Source of the DNA: Psilocybe cubensis
Taxonomy: Eukaryota
NCBI GenBank assembly: GCA_017499595.2
Contig: CM038998.1
Location: forward strand, 3,782,001-3,846,000
DNA length: 64,000 nucleotides
Direction: 5' to 3'
Made by a program: the position numbers and the translations under genes. The notes under the pieces were generated by a model. The model worked only from the letters and a program-made list of their open reading frames with translations, did no database searches and was not told the DNA's origin. This document shows positions 12,620 through 22,761 of this stretch, one piece after another. Numbering within the stretch: the stretch's first letter is position 1; each line of letters begins with the position of its first letter.

Positions 12620-15230
12620 TCTATCTCATCTAGGTTGGCTCGCTGCGCGCCTTGTTTTTTTTTTTTTTTTTTTTTGAGGATATTAACGATCTGATCTATC
12701 ACGCTCCGCTCTGGCTCCCGCTGCACTCCACGAAACGTCGTCGTCCTCAGTCTTGGCCTCTGCAGTACCAACACCAACACCAACACCGATACCACATGCA
12801 TTCCCTTTCCCTTTTCTTTACGTTTTTTCTTTTACTTTTTTGGACGAAAATGCACCTTTTTATATGTTTCTTTTCATCTCTTTTCCTGTTTCTTTTTTAT
12901 CTCTTTTCTGTTTCTTTCTTTTTTTCTTTTTTCGAGCTGAGTTGAGGGTTGCGTTGAGGGTTGCGTTAGGGGTTGAGGGTTGAGTTGAGTTGAGAGTTGA
13001 GTTAGGGGTTGGGGGTTTCGAAGGCAGGTTTGAGGTTTAGAGGTCAGGTTGCGTTGAGAGTTAGGGGTTGAGTTGAGGGTTGCATTGCGTTGGGGGTTGA
13101 GGGTTTCGAGGGCAGGTTTGAGGGTTGCGTTGCGTTGAGGGCTGAGTTGAGAGTTAGGGGTTGGGGGTTGGGGGTTGAGATCGGAGAGTTAGGGCTTGAT
13201 GGTTGCGTTGAGAGTTGAGAGTTGCGCTGGAGGTTGACGCGTTGACGTTCGAGTTGACGTTCGAGTTTTCATGATCATCGTCGAGTTTTTATTCACCGAG
13301 TTTCCGAGTTTGCGAGTGTCGAGTTGCGAGTGTCGAGTGTCGAGTGTCGAGGTACCATCGTCGTTGTCGGGCCATACCATCGTCATTGTCGGGCCATACC
13401 ACCACCACTTTACCACCCAGCGCCGACTACCGACCACCCGCCATTACCATATCATACCAAGTACCCACCCCTTTTTTGGATCATTTTACCCGTATGCGAT
13501 GTTGATGTTGATGCGTCACTTTTTCTTTTTATTTTTATTTTCTCTTTTCTTGTCTTTTCTTGACTTTTTTTTTGGTCTCTTTTCTTTTTCTTCTGTCTCT
13601 TTCCTCATTTTCTATCTTCGATATTTCCTATTTTTCCTATTTTCCAAGTGACTCCCTACTTTTCTAACTTTCTACTCTCTATTTTTCTATTCCCTACCCC
13701 CTATTCCCTATTCCCTATTTTCTATTTTTCTATACGTGCTCCTCACCTCCAAAATTCTGACCCCTTCTTTTTTTATTTTATTCCTATGCCCTTTCTTCGA
13801 ACGTGGAACTCCGAACTTGAACTTCGAACTTGGAACTTCGAAGCACGCCCCGCACGCACACGCACACGCACACGCACATCCCATTCGCAATACATACCTA
13901 CAACACCACACACACCACACACACACAACACCGTACAACGCATACATACACACATACACCTCATACACCTCATACACACACATATACACATACATACACC
14001 TCATACACCTCATACACACATACATACAACTCTTACAACTCTTTACATGCATACACACCTATTTGACATTTGACTTACGTCCATGATATCCCTTCTTTAT
14101 ATCCCAATTTTTCTTTTTTTGTTTCGTCTTCGTTTCTTTGGTTCTTCGTTTCTTTGTTGCGTTTTTTCTCGTTTCGTTTCGTTTAGTTTCGTTTAGTTTA
14201 GTTTCTTCGTCTTCGTTTCGTTTCGTTTGGGTTTCGGTTTATGATTGACAATTTATAATTTGGTTGACCAACGATCCACCTTTCACATTCCACATTTCAC
14301 ATTACACGTTTCACGTTTCACGTTTTTATCCTTCCTTCCTTCCTTTTTTTTTCTAAAATTTCGAAACTACCTTCAAAATTCCTAGCCCCCAAAAACTCGA
14401 CTCGACAAACTCGAAAACTCGACTCGAAAAATCGAAACTTCTACCCCAACTCGAAAACTTGCACACCTTGCTCTTGACCATCGCCTTCGAAACTCGCCTT
14501 CGAAACTCGCCCTCACCCTCACCCTCACCCTCGCCCTCACCCTCGCCTTCACCCTTACCCATCTCCTCTCCCTCACCCTCACCCTCACCCCCACCCTCGC
14601 CCCACCCCCCCTCCCCCCCAAAAAAATTGAAATGACTATCACTACCCCTTTTTTATAACAAAAATGCAATCTAATGTAATGGTTTTCTTTTTTCTTCTTC
14701 TCTATCTCACTCTACGTCTCTACGTCTCTCTTGACCTTGACCTTGCCGATTATGTTTATATGTTCGTTGATCGTGTTCGTTGATTGTGTTCGTTGATCGT
14801 TCTTGTTCGATGTTCGTTGTTCGATGTTCGATGTATCAGAATCGGATCGACTGGTTTGTGGTCCGTCTCCGTCTCCGTCACGGTGTCTGGGATTCTAGCG
14901 ACAGAGCAGCATATGTGCGCAAGACCTCAAGGCCTCAACCTCAACCTCAACCTCCCCGTCCCCGTCCCCCCGTTCTTTCTTTCTTTATTTTTGGGTCCGC
15001 CTGCATATATATATATAGATACATACACACAGATACACATACACATACGCATACACACATATACATCCGCATATACAGACATTCATACGTACATAGGGAC
15101 CTTCATCCGTCAACCGTCTGCCTTTCTTCCTTTCCTTGCTTGTTTCCTTCCTTCCCTTCCATCTACCAGCTTGTTTCCTTTTTCCTTCTACTCGACTCTC
15201 AGAACAATCAGTCTAAATATTATTCACTTC
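12620..15230. repeat. Extended low-complexity/microsatellite mosaic (poly-T, TTGAGGG/TTAGGGG, TCGAG, CA/CATA, TTTCG, CCCTCA tracts)
   Basis: Directly visible short tandem motifs; ORFs here are compositionally biased. Confidence 0.9.
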
Positions 15231-15351
15231 TGATCTGACTCTCTCGCTTGTTCATGGACAAAGCTTGTATTAATTTAGCATTTCAGTTTGTGAGCTTTGA
15301 GCAAAACGCTTTCAGCTTTCAATTCGCTGCCCGGAGTTATAAGAGCGGCAT

Positions 15352-15391
15352 GACAGTGAGAACAAACAACAAGGTCAGATGATCGTTTATC
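15352..15391 (+). promoter_or_regulatory. Conserved upstream element shared by kinase-like paralogs A, B and C
   Basis: GAC.GTGAGAACAAA(CAA/TTAAA)CAA(T)AAGGTCAGATGATCGT recurs at about 15352, 17947 and 25126, each roughly 90-125 nt before the ATG. Confidence 0.6.
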
Positions 15392-15474
15392 AATGAAACG
15401 GCTCCGTCATGCGGGGTTGATCCTGTCTGCTAGGACCAACGGTGACCTTCCCTTTTCCCTTTTCTCCACCTCAA

Positions 15475-17637
15475 ATGCCTCCCGAAGCAGAAGCAGAAGT
15501 ACCAGTATCGTTTCAGCGCACTCTCAACAACGTCCTCAACGCCAACTACAACCCTAAAACGACGCAATATCAGCGGGGCAAACGACCCGAGGATCACCCC
15601 ATTCAATCGCCTTTGCGATTCTACGATCGACATATCTCTCCCAGCGAATCTTTGCGCAGCATCGTACCACTGCCTTCTATTCCGCATCTTCTATCCGAAA
15701 TATGTGATACCGCTATCGAGGAATTCAAAGCGAAAGGCTACAATTTCCCTCCCAACGTCCACGCCTTGGATATACCTGCGATTGAATTCACCGACTCTGC
15801 TAGTGTCAGACTGCATTATCTAACGTACATAGGGTCGCTTTGCATTGCGTATCTTTCCAAGCTATGTGTCCATCCTGATACCGAGTCCTGGCAAACCGTC
15901 TTTACCTTTATCCAATTTTTGGAGACTGATACATTCTATGCGTCTAAAGCGTATCTAACGGTGACTCTGGATGCAGAGGCAAGGGCAGTCAGACTGCACG
16001 ACGAAATTAAAGGGAAGCTGTCGCAACCTACTCTCGAGAATCTAACAGCACTTTTATTCAAGATGCCCAAGATGGCTGCTTGGCACACGTTTCCTATGCT
16101 CGAGACTTTTACAACAATTTTTCATAATGTGACCAAGCACGTCAGCTCTCTTAGCTGGCCGATATCACGGACCACTGGATACCGTTTCACGGCTCGAACG
16201 ATTCCACCTCCCGATTCAAAGATATTGGGCAATAGGCTACCTGTTCCCCGTGCGTATCACAAAGCAAGATTAGAACCAGGCGAGTCGGGTTCAAATAGAA
16301 AACGGGTCGAAAAATACAGCAAAACTATCACCGTCCCTTATCCTACGCAGCGCAAGCAATATCGCCCTGACTTGCGGACTTATCTACAACATGTGAGTGT
16401 CTTTAATTAGCTGCGATAAGTTGAGTGCTGCTGACGTCGCGTGAAAGGTCTGGGCTGATGCTGCAATGCACGATATAACATTTATCGTCCTGCACTGTGG
16501 CCGTTATGAACGCATCGGTATTCGACATAGGGCATCCCAGACCCTGTATTTATCAGACGTAATTGATACAGTCAATATTAAAGACCCTCACTATCGGAAG
16601 ATTCACATTGGCCTCTACATTGCCACATTGCAAGACGCGTTGGAGCGTATGAAACTAAAGAATACTGGCGACGACAAGGTGGATACCAAGGGCAAAAAGC
16701 GTTTCTCGGTCAACGTGGATGATTCAGAGTCCTCTCGCCCAAAGAAACGACGCAGAGCATCCTCTTCTACTCCATCGTCTAATGTACGTGATTCCATAAA
16801 TTATTCTTCCAGTAATAACTTTGTCCGCTCACTGATGATTTAGATTGGCAAGTACCTCATCGATCGTAAACTGGCCCTTGTTAGCTTGGATTATGGCCCC
16901 TTCTCATCTTCCGTGCCCTCTTCATTCGTACGCATCGGGGAATCATGCAAGCGTACACATTCCCGGGAGGCTACAGACTGGGTCAAGGACCCAACAAAGC
17001 AGCGAAAGTATGCTGCACACGAATATTTTACCCTGACATTATTGGCGCCTTTGGGTGATGGTTCGGTCGGTGTCTCTCATCCTGCGCAGGCAGAAGTAAT
17101 ACTGGAATCCGGAGAAGTCATCACAGAAACACTTGTTCTCAAGCTGGCTTTCAATGAAAAAACACAGAAGAGGATGAGACATGAATTTGATATTTATTGT
17201 CGAATGTCACGCACGGGCATCGAAGGGATTGTGGATGTGCATGGGCTATTTTTTGATGCGGAATCGAACACGCTAGGTCTTCTCATGGCTCATGGCGGCG
17301 AAACGCTTCGCAACCGAGATTTTGCGCGGACGGGGATATATGGCGAGAAGATCAATGGCACAGCCGCAGAAAAGTATGTGAAGCCTTCATCTTACACGCC
17401 TTTATGAATTGCTGACATTACAGTCGCATGGTTAGGAAGGCATTTGAGGATATTATCAGAAATATTCACGAGGCAGACATCAGCCATCATGACATCAGGC
17501 CTGAGAATATGACCATTCGTTCAGACGGCAAGGCCTTTCTCATAGACTTTGATAGTGCTCTTTATCATTCTCCCTTCCGGTCTTTGGATGAGCAGTTGGA
17601 AAATCTGGATGATATCTTTCATAAACCACTCTTGTGA
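15475..17637 (+). CDS. Paralog A: degenerate REase-like N-domain + NLS + minimal protein-kinase-like domain (about 661 aa; exons 15475-16392, 16448-16783, 16844-17373, 17436-17637)
   Basis: GT-AG introns join four ORFs in frame. Kinase motifs: LGDGSVG (Gly loop), VLKLA (Lys), RHEFDIY (alphaC Glu), HHDIRPEN (catalytic loop), LIDFD. RPKKRRR basic cluster. Confidence 0.85.
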
Positions 17638-17759
17638 GTAATATTTTTGTCGACTTGGTTACCCACTGTGTTTGTAGTATCTACCTCGCATTCATGATAT
17701 TTATGTTAATATTTATTCATACCAATGCACAACGCCCGAATTAACTTGTATAACCATTG

Positions 17760-17879
17760 GTGGCACTGACAAAAGCGGCGAAGAAAGCGGAGAAAAAATC
17801 ATTCAAACGAGCCATAAGTTTTAGAAAAAAGCCAGAACCGGATTCACAGTCTAGTGATATCGTAGAATTAAATGATTAG
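17760..17879 (+). pseudogene. 3' remnant of a second copy of gene E (nuclease/pseudokinase)
   Basis: Reads VALTKAAKKAEKKSFKRAISFRKKPEPDSQSSDIVELND*, versus the E C-terminus DAPTKEEKREEKISFKRAISYSKEPESDSQSSDVVDLVES*; GATTCACAGTCTAGTGAT is shared at DNA level. Confidence 0.85.
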
Positions 17880-18039
17880 TAGAGGATTTACAAAACAACT
17901 ATCGAAACATATCCTTGTCTGCGAAGTAGAGTGAGCACTGCCACCTGACTGTGAGAACAAATTAAACAATAAGGTCAGATGATCGTTTATGCCCCTAGTA
18001 CGCTACTAACTCCTTTGTTTTACTCAACTCTGACTTCAT

Positions 18040-20184
18040 ATGCTGCATGAGACAGAAGTATCATTTCAGCGCACTCTCGACAAAGTTCTCAACGCCAACT
18101 ACAATGTTGAAATGACACAGATTCAAGAGGAACGTCCCGATCATCCCATTCGATTGCCTTTCGAGTTCTATGATCGACATATATGTCCCAACGAATCTTT
18201 GTGCAACATTGTACCACTGCCTTCTATTCCGCATATTCTAGCCAACGTATGTGATACTGCTATCGAAGAGTTTAAGGCGAAAGGTCACAAATTTCCTCCC
18301 AACATCCATGTCTTGGATATACCTGCAATTGAATTCACTGACTCTGCTAGTGTCGGAGTGCATTATCTATGGCACATAGGGTCGCTGTGCATTGCATATC
18401 TTTCAAAACTATATTTCCATCCTCATACCGAATCCTGGAGATCCGTCTTCACTTTTAATCGCCATTTCGACACCGATACATTCTTTGCATCCAAATTATA
18501 TCTAACGGTGACTCTGGATGCAGAGGCAAGGGCAGTCAGACTGCACGACGAAATCAAAGGGAAGCTATCACAATCAACTCTTGATACTCTGAACGCACTC
18601 TTATTCAATATGCCCAAGATGGCTGCTTGGCACATGTTTCCTATGCTCGACACTTTTACGACGATATTTCATAATGTGCCCAAGCGTGTCAGTTCGCTGA
18701 GTTGGCCAATATCACGGACCGCTGGATACCGCTTCATAGCACGAACATTTCCACCGCCCGATTCGAAGATTTTGACTAATATGCTACCTGTTCCCAGTGC
18801 ATATCGCAAAGCGAGAGTGGAATCAGGCGAGCCAACTTCATCCAGAAAACGAGTCGAGAAGTATAGCAAAACTATCACCGTACCTTATACGACACAACGC
18901 AAACAATATCGCCCTGACTTGCGGACTTATCTACAACATGTGAGTGTCTTTAATTAGCTGCGATAAGTTGAGTGCTGCTGACGTCGCGTGAAAGGCCTGG
19001 GCTGATGCTGCAATGCACGATATAACATTTATCGTGCTGCACTGTGGCCGTTACGAACGCATTGGTATCCGACATAGGGCGTCCCAGACCCTGTATTTAT
19101 CAGAGGTAATTGATACAGTCAATATCAAAGACCCTCACTATCGGAAGATTCACATTGGCCTCTACATTGCCACATTGCAAGACGCGTTGGAGCGTATGAA
19201 ACTAAAGAATACTGGCGACGACAAGGTGGATACCAAGGGCAAAAAGCGTTTCTCGGTCAACGTGGATGATTCAGAGTCCTCTCGCCCAAAGAAACGACGC
19301 AGAGCATCCTCTTCTACTCCATCGACCGATGTACGTGACTCCATAAATTATTCTTCCATTAATAACTTTGTTCGCTCACTGATGATTTAGATTGGCAAGT
19401 ACCTCATCGATCGTAAACTTGCCCTTGTTAGCTTGGATTATGGCCCCTTCTCATCTTCCGTGCCCTCTTCATTTGTACGCATTGGGGAATCATGCAGGCG
19501 TAAACATTCCCGGGAGGCTACAGACTGGGTCAAGGACCCAACAAAGCAGCGAAAGTTTTCTGCACACGAATATTTTACCCTAACCTTATTGGAGCCTTTG
19601 GGTGATGGTTCAGTCGGTGTCTCTCATCCTGCGCAGGCAGAGGTAAAACTGGAGTCCGGAGAAGTCATCACAGAAACACTTGTTCTGAAGCTGGCTTTCA
19701 ATGAAAAAACACAGAAGAGGATGAGACATGAATTTGATATCTATTGTCGTATGTCACGCGCGGGCATCGAAGGGATTGTGGATGTGCATGGCCTATTTTT
19801 TGATGCGGAATCCAACACATTAGGTCTTCTCATGGCTGATGGAGGCGAAACGCTTCGCAACCGAGATATTGCGCGGACGGGAATATATGGCGAGAAGATC
19901 AGTGGCACAGCCGCAGAAAAGTATGTGAAGCCTTCATCCTACGCGCCTTTATACATTACTGACATTACATTCGCGTGGTTAGGAAGGCATTCGAGGATAT
20001 TATCAGAAGTATTAATGAGGCAGATATCAGCCATCATGATATCAGGCCTGAGAATATGACCATTCGTTCAGATGGCAAGGCCTTTCTCATAGATTTTGAT
20101 AGTGCCCTTTATTATTCTCCCTTCCGGTCTTTGGAGGAGCAGTTGGAAAATTTAGATGATATCTTTCATAAACCACTCTTGTGA
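18040..20184 (+). CDS. Paralog B of the REase-like/kinase family (exons 18040-18939, 18995-19330, 19391-19920, 19983-20184)
   Basis: Same exon structure and motifs as A (FYDRH, LQH|AWADAAMHDITFIVLHCGRYERIGIRHR, HHDIRPEN, IDFD). Confidence 0.85.
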
Positions 20185-20365
20185 GTAGTATTTCATTGAC
20201 TTATTTGACAGCCAGCGTGTTTGTAGTACCTACCTTGCATCCTTGGTATTTATGATGCACAACACCCAAATTCACTTGTAGTCTGTCAGGTTTGTGTGAT
20301 TACGTGCTTTGATCTTGTGTAGCGCGTCCTTTGATTATTATCTTCTTAGCATCTTTCTTTCCTTA

Positions 20366-21861
20366 GGCCACATTCGGTAACCCTGTTAGACTTGGAGTCG
20401 GTTAGGTTAGGTCAGGGGGCACCCAGCGCAACGACCCGTAAAATCAACCTACCCCCTCGGGTCGTGAGAATCTAGTCATGTGCTCCGTCATATGGTAGCC
20501 TCAGGTAGCCCAAGTGAATTGTTATCAAGTCGTGCAACTACTACATCATAGCTTTACGCTTTTCTCCTCTTTGCACGCCCAGACGAGCTCATTGTATACG
20601 ATCTGGCACGCTTATCTACGGCTTCTGTACCTAGTTCAAACTCATGAATGGCTTCCTCGAGACCACCACTGCTTGGTATATCATATTCCACCCTGTATTC
20701 TGTTGTAGCTTGTTTGACCTTGCTATTCTCTGTAACAATTGCAGTTGAACTGGATACAATTTCAAGATAAAAAAGTCTAGAAACGACAGAACGCGAGAAT
20801 GATGTTCTAAATCTAAGTACTCTTTAGCCGTGGGAACGAGGCCGGGCAGTGACACACGACGGAGCATGACTATATTCTCACGACCCGAGGGGGTAGGTTG
20901 ATTTTACGGGTCGTTGCGGTGGGTGCCCCCTGGGTTAGGTTTTCCCCCGCCAAGCCGAGCCAAGTCGGTTACCTCTGGTTACGTCTGTCACGCTATGTCA
21001 CTTCTTGGCAGGCAAAAACCAGAAAGTCGGATCGACTGGGTCACAGGTCCAACATGGACCGTGGCCCAGACTTGGACTTGGACTTCGGGGCTTGACCGAG
21101 ATAAAATCTCACCGTGGCCCACATATGGCCTTTGTGTAAACCTCCAGTGGACTAGATATGTTCCACATATATTCCTGTTGTTGTACCATGAGTGACAAAC
21201 ATGGAGCTTAAGGGGAACCTGTGGGATGAGTCACCTGATTGGATCAAACTCGAAAACTCAGCCGAAACTCAGCTTGAACTTGGAATATTTGCGGCATATT
21301 GAGACTCATTCAACTGCTTTTAACATCATTTGTGGTGGTGCATTGCTCAAAAAGATTTAAATGGTTCTCTATCACCAGAAGAATTATTGTTTAGATATTT
21401 ATGAATATTGACCAAATCTCTAGTGCTTTAAACAATATTAGGGCTCTTCAGAATGATCAATGTTATATCAAATTTATATAGGGAGTTACTTGGATTACTT
21501 AGAAAATTAATGCCATAGTACCATGCTAGTTTATAATGAGTTAGAGAAGCTACTTAATCCAATTTTTTAAATTCAGTGGTAATTTACTGGTTATTTATCA
21601 GATTCTGTCAGCTGTGGCACAAACACAATGGCAATGACGGGCAAAGGTAACACTAAAATAACACCTACGATGGACCTTGCCTTGGACCTTGGGAAAATCT
21701 GACAAATATTCCCAGATTCATGTGAGGGCCAAGTCCAGGTCCAGGTCCAGGTCCATTTGGCCCTCGCTCCCAGTCGATCCGACGCTCTCGCAAAAACGTG
21801 ACAAATCGTGACCAAACCTAACCTAACCTAACCGACTTTAACAGGGTTACCGAATGGGGCC
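20366..21861. mobile_element. Non-autonomous PIF/Harbinger-like DNA transposon, about 1.5 kb including the nested insert
   Basis: TIRs GGCCACATTCGGTAACCCTGTTA... and ...TAACAGGGTTACCGAATGGGGCC, flanked on both sides by TTA (20363-20365, 21862-21864). Extra subterminal inverted matches (GTCGGATCGACTGGG about 21026 / CCCAGTCGATCCGAC about 21769). No transposase ORF. Confidence 0.85.
20413..20932. mobile_element. hAT-like MITE (520 bp) nested in the left end of the Harbinger-like element
   Basis: About 75-bp TIRs CAGGGGGCACCC...GGGTCGTGAGAAT / ATTCTCACGACCC...GGGTGCCCCCTG, with an 8-bp direct flank GGTTAGGT at 20405-20412 and 20933-20940. Confidence 0.88.
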
Positions 21862-22761
21862 TTATATCTGTTATTTTTTTTGTGTGAAGCTGGAGAACAC
21901 CCCTCCCTCAATACTCCCGCCTTATATTCTCTTTTTGTGTGTGCTTTCTCCGATGATCAGTGCGTCTTCGTTCCTATTGGACGTTGGATTACTATATATG
22001 GCAATGGCGTTCTTTGTCGCTTTTCACTTTTTTTAGAAAGGCCTGATCGCAGCGTGGAATTGCGGCGCGTTTTTTCTCTACCCCACCAACATCACCTCCG
22101 AACCAAAATACCTGGCGACGCTATGAGGACGTTGTTCCGGATCTTGTACTGTGCCCTCCCATCTTACCTTATACTTCCTTCCAGAGTTCCTTCTGTCCCA
22201 CATTATTCCTTTATCCAGTAGCCTCAAAGCTCAAAGTTGGCATAAAGACATTCACACGGTTTGAACTCTGATGATCCTATTGTGTTACCCTAATTACACG
22301 GCTCATCACAGCTTAATTGTGTTTACAGGTGACTTTGACATGTTCCTCATGACTCGGTAGTAGGGTGTAGAACAAGAGAAATACAATGAGATGTGATGAC
22401 AGCGTGAGTGTCATCGTACAACGAGTACGTGCTTATTATGATTTTTTTGTTGCTAACACCCACTTGAACAAAAAGTAGCAGGGGTACACCCGTACATTGA
22501 CATTTGCGGCTCATGGTCTTCTATTGGTGGGTAAACGTAAATGTCTTTGTCCTAAGCTTCTGCAATGTCATAAATGCCTTGACAACATTGGGAGCGTGGT
22601 AACAACTCTGTTGCAATCATCGAACTCACTGTAGCCGTTTTATCATTTATGGCGTTCAGACGAGCTTTGCTCTACTTGTTCAAAGACTATAAGATGGCAC
22701 TGCGAAATAGAACCAGCTCCCCAGATTCAAATTGTTCAACACTCACTCACTTCTGTCTCCA

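Noticed and set aside
12940..13200. TTAGGG-like motifs as a telomere or interstitial telomeric array
   Set aside because: Units are irregular (TTGAGGG, TTAGGGG, TTGCG) with no tandem perfect TTAGGG run; treated as low complexity.
12613..15238. Phe-rich and His/Thr-rich ORFs
   Set aside because: Translations of poly-T and CA microsatellites.
20514..21815. Transposase ORF inside the TIR elements
   Set aside because: Only short ORFs without DDE or other recognisable motifs.
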